Shown here: piece by piece, positions 38,701 to 48,461 of the stretch | Layout of the letters: each line of letters starts with the position of its first letter | Position numbering within the stretch: the first letter of the stretch is position 1 | Source: Bacteroidales bacterium | GTDB lineage: Bacteria > Bacteroidota > Bacteroidia > Bacteroidales > WRLA01 | Direction of reading: 5' to 3' | DNA: 64,000 nucleotides | NCBI GenBank assembly: GCA_963676725.1 | Contig: OY781463.1 | Location: 1,550,991-1,614,990 of the forward strand | The notes under the pieces: model-generated | Seen by the model: only the letters and a program-made list of their open reading frames with translations | The model's database searches: none | Told to the model about the DNA's origin: nothing | Position numbers and translations under genes: made by a program

Positions 38701-40371
38701 GAACTAACGGACCAGCTTTTCCGTAGGGAAATCAATAGCTACCGCATGGAAAAACGTTATATCCGAAAAGATGGTAGTTGGTTTTGGGCCGATTTAAGTG
38801 TTTCTACCTTTTTTGGCCCCGACGACGACCAATTGGCCATTGGAACGATTATCGATATTACTTCCGCGAAAAATTTGCAGGAAAAACTCAAATTAGCAAT
38901 GGAAGAAGCCAATCAGGCAAACCATGCGAAAAGTGAATTTCTCGCAAATATGAGCCACGAAATTAGAACCCCATTAAATTCTGTGATTGGCTTTACCGAA
39001 TTACTGGATTCATTGCTCCACGACCCGAAGAAAAAAAGTTACCTCAATTCCATTAAAACAGGGGGTAAAAACCTTCTGATGCTCATTAATGATATACTTG
39101 ACCTGAGTAAAATAGAAGCCGGTCGCATGGAATTGCATCCGGAATTGGTGGCTCTCTCTGCAATTATGGAAGAGGTCCGGCAAATTTTTTCTCTGCGAAT
39201 TGAGGAAAAGCAACTCGATTTTTCTATTGATATTCAAAAAGATATGCCTGATGCTTTGTTGCTGGATGAAGTGCGGCTGCGTCAGGTGATGTTTAATCTT
39301 GTAGGCAATGCCATCAAATTTACGCATAATGGCTTTGTACGCATCAAGCTTAGGCGATTATTTACCTATAACGAAGCAATTGATCTGGCGATACTTGTTG
39401 AAGATTCCGGCATCGGTATTCCCAAAGACCAGCAGCAACTCATTTTTGATGCCTTCAAACAACAAGCCGGACAAAGTACTCGAAAGTATGGCGGAACAGG
39501 CTTGGGTCTCGCTATTAGCAAAAGATTAGTGGAAATGATGGGAGGCGAAATTAGCCTTGTGAGCGAAGCAGGAAAAGGCTCGGTCTTTAAAGTCGTGCTT
39601 AGGAAAGTGGGTGTCGGAAAAATCAATATTAATCCTATAAAAAAGGATTATGTCGATTTTCAGCATATTCATTTTGAAAATTCCTTGGTGCTCGTTGTCG
39701 ATGATATTGAACTCAATAGAAGGTTTCTAGTTGAAAGCCTTACATCGAAAGGACTGAGAGTTACCGAAGCAGAAAATGGTCGACAAGCCCTTTCTGCAAT
39801 GAAAATTGAAAAACCGGATCTTATCCTTATGGATCTAAGGATGCCTGTGATGGACGGCTATGAAGCTACGGCTGCAATACGCGCGCATCAGGACTGGAAA
39901 AATATCCCACTTATTGCCATTACCGCTTCTGTCTTGAGTTCTGATCGGGAAAAAGTCGTGGAAATGGGTTTTGATGCAATGCTATTAAAGCCAATTCCTT
40001 CCGATCGCCTGTTTGACCAACTCAGTAGATTTCTTCCTTTCGTTGAGGGAGAGGAAGATCAGGAAAAGGAACCTATCAGTCAAAATATTTTGGAAAATTC
40101 TGTTCCTGAGAATATGAAAGAGATTTTGTCGAATGAAAAAGAAAGTTTGTTCGGCTTATGGCAAATTGCTGTCGATCATGAACTTTCTGAAGATATGGAG
40201 AGCTTTGCTGCTCAATTGAATCGCCTTGCTGACCTATCTGGCAATGCCGGATTTATGGCTTATAGCAGAAAAGTAAAGGAACAGATTGAGCAGTTTGACC
40301 TAGATAATATTGGTGGGAGCCTTGCTGCCTTCCCGGATGAATGGTCCCGACTTGAAAATAGATTTAAATAA
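35731..40371 (+). CDS. Cache-HAMP-multi-PAS hybrid histidine kinase
   Basis: TM-Cache-TM, HAMP (DEIGEM), PAS repeats, FLANMSHEIRTPLN, REC, Hpt-like tail. Confidence 0.93.
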   Translation: MRIRTKILLAFLFVIILSFGGILLMINHNLDQRSKDFAYKIAIENAHRRGLAIQNEFNQAVAISRTLAYSLGQMNESGFTDVNFIDSLLRAILLENDVYTSVWTAWEPKGFQKDRATTDFNDPLQPLQKAWFQEDGDIWTEKNGFYIPTEYADISKAPHQLVFSNPFKIRGKNLVNVIAPIFVQDEFAGVVGIDLSLGKIEKGIHGEKIFKMSNALLIDANNTIALSPEFPELDDRPISIFNNYKEVSNAVNEHKATGFYGWSDFLSCEIYHIIQPIHIKGADVWWTLLVQIPEASILAPQHAVKRQFIFVGLAGGLCILLLLFFVIKYFARPVGEMSRNLKHLTQGQTEGFENVQEYRNDEIGEMNRSFLHLVDTVKQKNIAEEELLKAKEETDKTNKLITQLNIELEDRVAQRTKTLHLEIQERANTEARLRNSEGVLRIAQSLAKTGSWQINLKNNSARYSREWFKVHNITLEHQEMPSPDLLTKSIFEEDKPQFEKQLAALIEGTENSQNGLYRVVLDKKIKWITWTARRFTDQESGEEMITGAAQDISIRKQYQEHLEDYKLIINTSGELMALLDMDFRFSAINDGFAKAFQQTKSSILNHKMENVFPLKEERDLMYSYLENAAINGSQRLQEWFSIGDDRHYFDLKISPVADASGKVRRLVLSMSDITEMKKTEQQLKVFKRLVDASGLGFGMTDLNACVVYENPTLMKMAGRTDFDGLSGIEIYNSYSPKGSKLIKETIWPHVMQGGQWIGELELLSDKGHVIPSIQNFFLIKDYQNQPAQVAVVITDISKRKAFQDQLEYQARILQNVSDAIISTDKDFQIMTMNSSAEKLFGWHLGELKGKALNEIWHQEEEGFPKIIEDELLLSGYWLGESVLYTRQGKEIHSLTSMTQLKDDQGHINGHVLIINDLTEQIKAQKEQRRSEKNFSSIFQHAAIGIDVIDQNMRFRECNATFMNMIGYEKEEIDALDIARISHPEDWQKNKELTDQLFRREINSYRMEKRYIRKDGSWFWADLSVSTFFGPDDDQLAIGTIIDITSAKNLQEKLKLAMEEANQANHAKSEFLANMSHEIRTPLNSVIGFTELLDSLLHDPKKKSYLNSIKTGGKNLLMLINDILDLSKIEAGRMELHPELVALSAIMEEVRQIFSLRIEEKQLDFSIDIQKDMPDALLLDEVRLRQVMFNLVGNAIKFTHNGFVRIKLRRLFTYNEAIDLAILVEDSGIGIPKDQQQLIFDAFKQQAGQSTRKYGGTGLGLAISKRLVEMMGGEISLVSEAGKGSVFKVVLRKVGVGKININPIKKDYVDFQHIHFENSLVLVVDDIELNRRFLVESLTSKGLRVTEAENGRQALSAMKIEKPDLILMDLRMPVMDGYEATAAIRAHQDWKNIPLIAITASVLSSDREKVVEMGFDAMLLKPIPSDRLFDQLSRFLPFVEGEEDQEKEPISQNILENSVPENMKEILSNEKESLFGLWQIAVDHELSEDMESFAAQLNRLADLSGNAGFMAYSRKVKEQIEQFDLDNIGGSLAAFPDEWSRLENRFK

Positions 40372-40376
40372 TAGCT

Positions 40377-41495
40377 ATGAAACAGATCGTGCATAAAATC
40401 CTGATTGTTGACGATATTGCAGAAAATATTAAAGTTGCTGCCGGATTTTTACGTAAATATGGCTATAATCTGAGTTTTGCAATGGATGGTACATCTGCTC
40501 TGGAAAAAGTTGATAAAATTCAATTCGACCTAATTCTGCTCGATATTATGCTGCCAGATATGGAAGGCTTTGAGGTCTGTATCCGGTTAAAAGAGATGAA
40601 GGACTATCAGGATGTTCCGGTGATTTTTTTAACAGCACGATCTGATATACAGAGTGTTATCAAAGGATTTGAAAGCGGTGGCGCCGATTATATCACCAAA
40701 CCTTTTAATGGGCATGAACTCTATCAACGGGTGCGCAACCATTTGGACCTGCGCGATGCCCGCAAAAAGCTGGAAGAGAAAAATCAGCATTTGCTTCGCT
40801 CGAATGCCACACGCGACCTGATGATTAGCATGATTTCTCATGACTTACTTGGCCCAATTAGCACAGCAACAATGTCATTAGGGCTAATGGTCGATGGTGA
40901 AATAGTGATGAGCCCCCGTGACCAAAAGTCATTTATGCATAGTTTACGGGATAATATGAAAGGAATTTCATCTACCTTTGAGAACTTGCTGCTTTGGGCC
41001 CGCTCCCAGAACGATTCCGTTTCTTTTAATTTTAAAGATTTTAATATCAGTGTCTTAGTCGATCGCATCATTAATTTATTGCAGGCCACAGCAATGTCAT
41101 CTAAATTAAACCTTTACAGCAGCCTGTTGGAAGATTATTATGTGTTTGCAGATCAAAATACCGTAGAAGTTATTGTACGCAACCTTTTAAATAACGCTCT
41201 GAAATTTACCGGCGAAGGGGGAGATGTATGGGTCGATTATGAAATGAGGAAAGATGCTTTTGTTCTCATTATTGCCGATACAGGGAAAGGAATGAGCCCA
41301 GAAGAAATCAATCTGATTTTTAGCGATGAACATTATTCGACTTGGGGCGAACGGCAGGAAAAAGGCTTTGGCCTGGGATTGGAAATTAGTCGTCAATTTG
41401 CGCAAAAGAATTTTGGAACATTAAAATGTAAGAGCAATATAGGGGAAGGTAGCCGGTTTTTCTTGGAATTGCCTTTACCCAAAAATAAACAATAA
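40377..41495 (+). CDS. REC-histidine kinase hybrid
   Basis: N-terminal REC; ISHDLLGP; NNALKF; DTGKG. Confidence 0.9.
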   Translation: MKQIVHKILIVDDIAENIKVAAGFLRKYGYNLSFAMDGTSALEKVDKIQFDLILLDIMLPDMEGFEVCIRLKEMKDYQDVPVIFLTARSDIQSVIKGFESGGADYITKPFNGHELYQRVRNHLDLRDARKKLEEKNQHLLRSNATRDLMISMISHDLLGPISTATMSLGLMVDGEIVMSPRDQKSFMHSLRDNMKGISSTFENLLLWARSQNDSVSFNFKDFNISVLVDRIINLLQATAMSSKLNLYSSLLEDYYVFADQNTVEVIVRNLLNNALKFTGEGGDVWVDYEMRKDAFVLIIADTGKGMSPEEINLIFSDEHYSTWGERQEKGFGLGLEISRQFAQKNFGTLKCKSNIGEGSRFFLELPLPKNKQ

Positions 41496-41496
41496 T

Positions 41497-42555
41497 ATGA
41501 ACCAAGAAGGCTATAAAGTATTGATTGTTGATGATATCGCGGAAAATATACGTGTCGCTGCCAATATTTTAAGGGCAAAAGGCTATAATGTAAGCTATGC
41601 ACGTGATGGACAATCTGCGCTGAATCGAGTTGCACAAATTTCTTTTGATTTAATCCTTCTCGATATAATGATGCCCGGGATGGATGGCTTTGAAGTATGT
41701 AAAAAATTGAAAGAAGACCCTGCAAGCCGTGATATTCCTGTAATTTTTCTTACTGCGAAAACAGATACAGAAAGTGTTGTGGAAGGATTTCAATGTGGTG
41801 GCGTGGATTATGTTACAAAACCATTTAATGCCATTGAATTGGAAATGAGGGTGAGCACCCATATTCGCCTTTTGCATGCATATAGGAGACTTCATATTGC
41901 AAATCAGGAAATTAGGAAAGAAAGGGCAAAAGCAGATCAACTGCTGCGCAGTATTTTTCCTGCAAAAGTCGCCGATGACCTAAAAAATACCGGTACAACA
42001 AAACCACAACGATATGAGTATGTAACAGTCTTCTTTAGCGATATTGTTGGCTATACGCCTCATGTAGCCAAATTGCCGCCCGAACAGATTATCGCAGAAC
42101 TGAACGATCTTTTTTCTCAATATGATGCGATTATGGAAGCCAATGATTGTGAGCGAATCCAAACTGTTGGTGATGGTTATCTTGCTGTCTGTGGGATGCC
42201 TGTGGCCGATGATGCCCATGCAATAAAAATGTGCAAGGCCGCCAAGGAAATTTTGGAATTCATGCAAAAACGAAATGAAGCCGCCGTGGCAAATGATAAG
42301 GAAAAATGGGAAATCCGTATTGGAATGCATAGCGGTCCCGTAGTAGGTGGCGTAGTGGGCATTACTCGTTTTGCTTATGGAGTGTTTGGCGACACAATTA
42401 ATACAGCCGCGCGCATGGAAACCAGTGGCGAGCGAATGAAAATAAATGTTTCAGAACAAACTGCAGTCTTCCTAAAAGGTCATTTTCCCCTTACCGATAG
42501 AGGCGTTTTTGAAGTAAAAGGCAAAGGTAAAATGAAGATGTTTTTTGTGGAGTAG
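41497..42555 (+). CDS. REC-class III nucleotidyl cyclase
   Basis: REC followed by FSDIVGYT, TVGDGY, IRIGMHSG, GDTINTAARME, VKGKG. Confidence 0.92.
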   Translation: MNQEGYKVLIVDDIAENIRVAANILRAKGYNVSYARDGQSALNRVAQISFDLILLDIMMPGMDGFEVCKKLKEDPASRDIPVIFLTAKTDTESVVEGFQCGGVDYVTKPFNAIELEMRVSTHIRLLHAYRRLHIANQEIRKERAKADQLLRSIFPAKVADDLKNTGTTKPQRYEYVTVFFSDIVGYTPHVAKLPPEQIIAELNDLFSQYDAIMEANDCERIQTVGDGYLAVCGMPVADDAHAIKMCKAAKEILEFMQKRNEAAVANDKEKWEIRIGMHSGPVVGGVVGITRFAYGVFGDTINTAARMETSGERMKINVSEQTAVFLKGHFPLTDRGVFEVKGKGKMKMFFVE

Positions 42556-42665
42556 TCGTTTATTGGCTCAAATATTCTAAAATTCAATAAATCCCCTTCA
42601 TCCTCTTCATTTCTTCATCCTGCTGAAGCAATACTTATTTTCCCTTCAGCGTTATCTATATTGTC

Positions 42666-43316
42666 ATGAAAAGGAAGAAAAATTATATTGAAGCACTTAT
42701 TGAACAAGGGGAGCATAAGCAGCAGGATTTTAAATTTGCTGTGAACGATGCGCGAAAAATTGCACGCTCTTTGGTCGCCTTCGCCAATACTTCCGGCGGA
42801 CGCTTGCTGATTGGCGTGAAAGATAATGGCATTGTTGCAGGCATCAAAAGCGAGGAAGAATACTATATGATTCAATCTGCTGCTACTCAATTTTGCCGTC
42901 CGGAAATTGATTTTCAATACAAAACATGGAAAATTGCAGGAAAGGCAGTGCTCGAAATAATTGTTCCTGAATCGGCACAAAAACCCTGTTTGGCTTTGGG
43001 CGACGACGATCATTGGATGGCATGGATCCGCTATGAGGATCAGAATATACTGGCAAATTCAGTTTTAGTAAATGCTTGGAAACGAAAATATTCGAGCGAA
43101 GGTGTGTTTTTTAAATATGATGGGGCGGAAAAAGAATTGCTCGCATTTATTGAGCAAAAGGGTATTTGCGATTTGAAATCCATTCAAAAAGCAACCTCAT
43201 TCCCATACAAACGCCTGATTCAAAAGCTTGCCGATCTTATTGCAATGGATGTATTAAATATCACCATCACCGATAAGGAAATTACTTATCATCTGGATCC
43301 GGGGAAGGATTGCTGA
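42666..43316 (+). CDS. AlbA_2 (Schlafen-like) domain protein
   Basis: GEHKQQDFK...AFANTSGGRLLIGVKDNG. Confidence 0.88.
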   Translation: MKRKKNYIEALIEQGEHKQQDFKFAVNDARKIARSLVAFANTSGGRLLIGVKDNGIVAGIKSEEEYYMIQSAATQFCRPEIDFQYKTWKIAGKAVLEIIVPESAQKPCLALGDDDHWMAWIRYEDQNILANSVLVNAWKRKYSSEGVFFKYDGAEKELLAFIEQKGICDLKSIQKATSFPYKRLIQKLADLIAMDVLNITITDKEITYHLDPGKDC

Positions 43317-43542
43317 ATTTCTCTTCTATTTCTTTGAGCTTATCATGGGCTTCATTAATAATATATTCAATCTGGTTTAGTCCCTGATTGAGCAAGCGGT
43401 ATTTATGGTCGTGAAGAAAAGTAATCGCCTCATGAATTAGTTTTAAATCCTCTTCTTTGGGCTCTTCCTTGGCTTTAAAGAGTTTTTCGTTCAGGAGACT
43501 TATCCTTTTTCCAATTTTATCGTATAATTCCTTGTCTGCCAT
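43282..43542 (-). CDS. Small helical hypothetical protein
   Basis: ATG 43542 (MADKELY) lies directly after the stop of the GAF kinase. Confidence 0.65.
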   Translation of the reverse strand: MADKELYDKIGKRISLLNEKLFKAKEEPKEEDLKLIHEAITFLHDHKYRLLNQGLNQIEYIINEAHDKLKEIEEKFSNPSPDPDDK

Positions 43543-43543
43543 A

Positions 43544-44812
43544 TTAGTAGTTTGGTTGAAGTGGCAGGTGAACTGTGAACTCGGCCCATTCCCCTGTCTT
43601 TGATTCTGCAAATATTTTTCCTTTGTGTTTTTGAATAATCCACCATGTAAGATAAAGACCAAGCCCTGTCCCTTTGCGGTCTTCAAGGCCTTTTTGATTT
43701 AATCTGCTGAATTTTTTAAATAGCTTTTTCTTTTGTATTGGACTAAATCCAATCCCGGGATTTTTTACCTTAAAAATGAGTAGTTTCTCGGTTTTTTCAA
43801 CAGTAAAATGAATCTCGGCATTTTTTGGGGCATATTTTATTGCATTGTCTAAAAGATTGATCATCACAATTTTAAGCAAACTGGCGTCGGCATCTAAAAT
43901 AACAGCTTCCTTAGGAAAGTGTGTCTGAATAATGGAGCCGCGTTCATTGGCGCGTGCTAAAACCGTATCGACACCAAACTGTGCAATTTCATTCAGAAAA
44001 TCGAGACCGGGGCGCGGATTGAACCGCATTTCCCCTGTTTCTAACTGGCTTAAATTGAGATAATTTTTAATTAAATCATTCATATAGAGCATCAAACGCC
44101 GCATGCCTGTCATGGCTTCATGTCCGGCTTCGTTTACTTCCCCATAATAGCCTTCAAGATAGGTGTCTGCCATGGTTTGTGCCGTGGCTACAGGGCTTTT
44201 CATCTCGTGGGCTACAAAGCCAACGGTACTCATATAATTGGTCTTTACTTTCTCCAGCTCACGAATGCGCCATAATCGTTCCATAGTATAACTAAGGGTC
44301 TGAATAACAGCAAGTAAAAGATTTGCATGTTTTTCAGAAAAGGCATTTTTGGTTTTACTGGAAAAGAAAATATAACCAACAGTGGCTTTATTTGCAGTGA
44401 GTGGTAGGGTGAGATTGCTCTGAACCCCTTCTTTGAGAAGGAGTTCAGTTGATTTTGAATTAGGATGCTCTTCAAAGTATTTTTCAAGGTCGGGAATGAT
44501 GCGTGCCACCATTTTTTCGCGTAATTGATTCAAACCGGAATGTCCCAAACCTGCAGAATAGGTCTCATCCATCAGTAAATCATCATAACTGGCTTTGAGC
44601 AAATGGCTGCTGAGCCCTTCTCCGTTTTTATCGATAAATGCGATGCCAATACGATCGTGAGGCAGAATACCATCTGTAATTTCCCAAAGCTTCTCCATAA
44701 GCTGTTCCGGGTCAACACTCAGCGGAATCTCCGTTTTTATACGGTCGAATGTTGCATTTTCTGCCGGATTAAACTTGATTACCTGCTCGGGCTCTATATG
44801 TATTTCTGTCAT
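43544..44812 (-). CDS. GAF sensor histidine kinase
   Basis: GAF (LTLPL...GYIFFSS...F), VAHEMKSP, NLLDNAIKY, GTGLGL. Confidence 0.9.
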   Translation of the reverse strand: MTEIHIEPEQVIKFNPAENATFDRIKTEIPLSVDPEQLMEKLWEITDGILPHDRIGIAFIDKNGEGLSSHLLKASYDDLLMDETYSAGLGHSGLNQLREKMVARIIPDLEKYFEEHPNSKSTELLLKEGVQSNLTLPLTANKATVGYIFFSSKTKNAFSEKHANLLLAVIQTLSYTMERLWRIRELEKVKTNYMSTVGFVAHEMKSPVATAQTMADTYLEGYYGEVNEAGHEAMTGMRRLMLYMNDLIKNYLNLSQLETGEMRFNPRPGLDFLNEIAQFGVDTVLARANERGSIIQTHFPKEAVILDADASLLKIVMINLLDNAIKYAPKNAEIHFTVEKTEKLLIFKVKNPGIGFSPIQKKKLFKKFSRLNQKGLEDRKGTGLGLYLTWWIIQKHKGKIFAESKTGEWAEFTVHLPLQPNY

Positions 44813-44916
44813 TGAGCTTATTGTTTTAGTTTAGGGAATTTTTTACAGCCATCAAATATAAGCATTTGTTTCTCAGTGAATCCAACGATTCCTATTCTTT
44901 GTTTTTGCTTATAGTA

Positions 44917-46635
44917 TTATTTTTTCAGCCAAAGGGTTTCCCATGCATTCAGGCGCATCGCTTCGCTTGCACTATAACTTCTTCCGCTGAGCAAATCTCT
45001 ATAGGTTCCTTCGAAGCCTTCAGGGAAGGTACAGCCGGTTATTTTATCCGATAGGTTTTGAAGAACAATTATTTGCTCGTTTTTGTACGTTCTCGTATAA
45101 GCTAGGATATGCTCAATAGTAGCTTTCGTAAATGTTTTTATTGCAATTTCTTCCATTTTTCCACGTCTAAGGGCAATTTCTTGTTTGCGGATATGGAGCA
45201 TATTCCTGATGTACTTGTTTATTTGTGCTTCAAAACTATTTTTATTCGAAAGCTTTTCGTGAACATCATCCCAGTTAATGGAACCACGAACAAAATAGCG
45301 TGAATCATTATAACCGGTTTCTTTTTTCATATTTTTGTAATATGCTTCATCATTGGTACGCCCAAATTCGTCGCCATAATAAACGAGCGGGGTGCCGGGC
45401 AAAGTCAGCATAATCGAATACGCCAAAGCAATTCGTTCCGGAATTTTATCGAGCAATTCGGAGAGCCTTGATGCTACTCCTTCGCCTTCGCGAAATAACC
45501 AGCGTGGATCTTTTAAATAAAAGCTGTTGATGATATCGCGCTCCTCCTGAGTAACCATTTCGAGGGTGAGCTCATCATGCACACGTAGAAATGTAAACCA
45601 TTGGGCTTCATCGGGGATTTCCGGTGTAACATCAGAACTAAGTACATCAAAAACCACTTTTCTATTTTGGGTTGCCAAGGCAATAAAAATCTGTGGCATT
45701 AAGGGAAAATGATATCCAGCATGGCATTCATCGCCATTTCCAAAATATTTTACTACCTCTTTTGGCGGCTGGCATGCTTCAGCAAGCAACAAAGTATCTG
45801 GACGTGCATAGTCGGTTACTGCCCTAAAAAACTTTACAATTGTATGTGTTTCAGGGAGGTTTTCACAATCTGTTCCTTCCTCTTTCCATAAATAGGGAAT
45901 GGCATCAGCACGAAAACCATCCACACCCTGACTTAACCAAAACAAAAGGTTTTTACTCATTTCCAATAAAACCTTTGGGTTGCGGTAGTTCAAATCCGGT
46001 TGGAATTCAAAAAAGCGGTGAAAGAAATAACAATCTCCATCTTTTTCCCAATTACTGGGGCACATTCCTTTAAACAGTAAGCGTGTTTCTTTGTATCTGT
46101 TGGTGTCTTTATTCCAAATGTAGTATTCCCTGAACGGATTGTCCGCTCCTTTACGGGATTCCTGAAACCATGGGTGTTCCATACTGGTATGGTTCATGGC
46201 GATGTCAAAAATCACCCGAAGCCCATGCGCGTGTGCTTCATCGAGGAATATTTTGAAAAGTTTGCGTTGCTCTTCTAAAGTAGCATCATTGCTTAGACCG
46301 AGCAAATCAGGCCTGATGCGGTCATAATTGCGAATATCAAAACCGGCATCTTTCATTGGCGAATCGAGTATAGGCAAGAGCCAGAGACAGCTGACGCCGA
46401 GTTCGCTAATATAGGCTAATTTTTCTGTAAGGCCTTTAAAATCAGTATTAAATAGATCTACATACAGTGAGTAAATTACTGCATCTTTATACCAGCCTGC
46501 TTCTTGTTTTGGCAGGCTGCTGTTTGTCTTTTTATGATCTTCCAGTTCGGTAAAGAAATCTTCCAGTAGCTCAATATCCTGCCCTGCATAAAGTTCCTCC
46601 CATAAATGTTTGAGTTTTTTCTGTATCATCACCAA
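44917..46635 (-). CDS. GH13 trehalose synthase-like alpha-glucoside enzyme
   Basis: WYKDAVIY, MNHTS, GFRADAIPY, LLAEACQ, FLRVHDELTLE. Confidence 0.85.
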   Translation of the reverse strand: MVMIQKKLKHLWEELYAGQDIELLEDFFTELEDHKKTNSSLPKQEAGWYKDAVIYSLYVDLFNTDFKGLTEKLAYISELGVSCLWLLPILDSPMKDAGFDIRNYDRIRPDLLGLSNDATLEEQRKLFKIFLDEAHAHGLRVIFDIAMNHTSMEHPWFQESRKGADNPFREYYIWNKDTNRYKETRLLFKGMCPSNWEKDGDCYFFHRFFEFQPDLNYRNPKVLLEMSKNLLFWLSQGVDGFRADAIPYLWKEEGTDCENLPETHTIVKFFRAVTDYARPDTLLLAEACQPPKEVVKYFGNGDECHAGYHFPLMPQIFIALATQNRKVVFDVLSSDVTPEIPDEAQWFTFLRVHDELTLEMVTQEERDIINSFYLKDPRWLFREGEGVASRLSELLDKIPERIALAYSIMLTLPGTPLVYYGDEFGRTNDEAYYKNMKKETGYNDSRYFVRGSINWDDVHEKLSNKNSFEAQINKYIRNMLHIRKQEIALRRGKMEEIAIKTFTKATIEHILAYTRTYKNEQIIVLQNLSDKITGCTFPEGFEGTYRDLLSGRSYSASEAMRLNAWETLWLKK

Positions 46636-46647
46636 CTGTTTTTTTTG

Positions 46648-46905
46648 TTAATATTCGAATGCCATTCGTTGTACTTCTAGTCCTCTAATTTCGCGCAAAC
46701 TGTTTTCCATTTTGTCTTTTTCTTCTTCAGAACCGACAAGGTGCACTACAATAATACCTGTACGCGAACAAATATCATCCGAAACTTCGTGGAATCCAAG
46801 ACGTGAGCTAATAATATTGGCATATTGTGTCATCACTTTCTGTGTGCGCCCTGCTTCTTTGATGCGGTCCCTGATCAAAAGGCCCAGTATTCTTGTTTTT
46901 TTCAT
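46648..46905 (-). CDS. TM1266-like iron-only hydrogenase system putative regulator
   Basis: 85 aa ACT-like pattern GLLIRDR...IISSRLG, directly after hydG. Confidence 0.75.
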   Translation of the reverse strand: MKKTRILGLLIRDRIKEAGRTQKVMTQYANIISSRLGFHEVSDDICSRTGIIVVHLVGSEEEKDKMENSLREIRGLEVQRMAFEY

Positions 46906-46972
46906 GTTCTCAATTTTTTTTGGAACACACCAAAACTATTTTTGAAATAGTTTTGGTGTGTATATTATACGA

Positions 46973-48400
46973 TTAAAAATAGAGGTCTCTTTCACCTTTT
47001 TTGATGCGTTCAATCCGGTTTCTGATTTCATCGGTATTTTGAAATCCTTCAACTTTTTTGAGGTTTTCTTCGATTGCTTTCCATCCTTTTTCTTTGCTTT
47101 CTTCTTTAGCATAGTCCATAAGGTATTCGCTAAAAGTAAGAATGGCATTTGGAGTGCAATAGCGCTTAATAAAACCCGGAACAGAGAATTCCATAAAGTG
47201 TTCTCCGGTTCTGCCAAGCCTGTAACAAGCAGTACAGAAGGAGGGAAGATAATCGTTTTCAACCAGTTCGTCAATAATTTCGTTCAGCGATCGCGAATCA
47301 TTGATCATAAACTGTTCCTTATTCAGGTTTTGGTCTTCATTCAGGTTTTCGGAATAGCTGCCCAATTCGAGTTTTGTGCCGCCATCAATCTGTGAAACAC
47401 CATATTGCATTACTTCTTTACGCACAAGTGGGTTTTCCCTTGCAGTAAGGATCATGCCGGTATAGGGCACAGCCAGACGGAGAATTGCAACAAGTTTTAC
47501 AAAGGTTTCATCATCAACAATGTATTTCCCGTCGAAATCAAGCATGCTGGCATCCTGAATCCTTGGGAAACTAATGGTGTGTGGGCCAACATTATAACAT
47601 GCTTCAAAATGGTTTGTATGGCGCACCAGCCCCATCACTTCAAAACGCCAATCATAAAGTCCAAACAATGCGCCTATGCCCACATCGTCAATCCCTGCTT
47701 CCTGAGCACGATCGAGTGATGTTAAGCGATAATTGTAGTCGCGTTTTTTTCCGCCTAGGTGGTAGCGTGCATATGCTTCCTCATTATAGGTTTCCTGAAA
47801 AACCTGATAAGTGCCAATGCCTGCATCTTTAATAATGCGATAGCCGTCAATTTCCTGAGGGGCAGCATTAATATTCACACGACGAATCTCTCCATTGCCT
47901 TTTTTAACATCATATACTGTGCGTACCGTATGGGCAATGTATTCCGCATCGTATTCGGGATGCTCCCCATAAACCAGAATCAGCCTTTTTTGGCCATTAT
48001 CCTCCAATGCCTCAACCTCCTGAATGATTTCCTGATCATTTAGGGTTTTGCGAACAGCATCTTTGTTTGATGTGCGAAATCCGCAATATTTGCAATTGTT
48101 GATGCATCGATTGCCAATATAAAGAGGTGCAAACAAAACAATTCGGTTGCCATAAACCTTCATTTTTAGGTCTTTGGCTCCTTGTTTGATTTCTTCAACC
48201 AACTCAGGATCATCGGCATTAATCAATACTGCCGTTTCTTCGAGCGTGAGGCGCTGCTTGTTGAGCGATTTTGCAATAACTTCACGAACGCGTTCTTTTG
48301 TCGCTTTTGTGTTGTTAATGTAATTCCAAATTTCATCTGGATCAATGAAAGGTTTCATTCTTTGATCCTTGATGCTGCATTTTTCTGGAGAAAATATCAT
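46973..48400 (-). CDS. hydG: [FeFe]-hydrogenase maturase HydG
   Basis: FAPLYIGNRCINNCKYC (radical SAM), FQETY, GPHTIS, SFCTACYR...C auxiliary cluster. Confidence 0.95.
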   Translation of the reverse strand: MIFSPEKCSIKDQRMKPFIDPDEIWNYINNTKATKERVREVIAKSLNKQRLTLEETAVLINADDPELVEEIKQGAKDLKMKVYGNRIVLFAPLYIGNRCINNCKYCGFRTSNKDAVRKTLNDQEIIQEVEALEDNGQKRLILVYGEHPEYDAEYIAHTVRTVYDVKKGNGEIRRVNINAAPQEIDGYRIIKDAGIGTYQVFQETYNEEAYARYHLGGKKRDYNYRLTSLDRAQEAGIDDVGIGALFGLYDWRFEVMGLVRHTNHFEACYNVGPHTISFPRIQDASMLDFDGKYIVDDETFVKLVAILRLAVPYTGMILTARENPLVRKEVMQYGVSQIDGGTKLELGSYSENLNEDQNLNKEQFMINDSRSLNEIIDELVENDYLPSFCTACYRLGRTGEHFMEFSVPGFIKRYCTPNAILTFSEYLMDYAKEESKEKGWKAIEENLKKVEGFQNTDEIRNRIERIKKGERDLYF

Positions 48401-48461
48401 AATAAAAATTTTAAAACAAAATTATAAAAAGGTATTGTGATTCCTAAATACGTGGCACAAT

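Noticed and set aside
41497-43316. Pycsar/CBASS-like defence system (cyclase plus AlbA_2)
   Set aside because: The cyclase is REC-fused in a signalling operon, there is no cNMP-binding effector, and stand-alone AlbA_2 genes are common in Bacteroidota
48435-48460. TTGTG...CACAA between rex and hydG as a Rex box
   Set aside because: Half-site spacing is far too long for the 18-bp site
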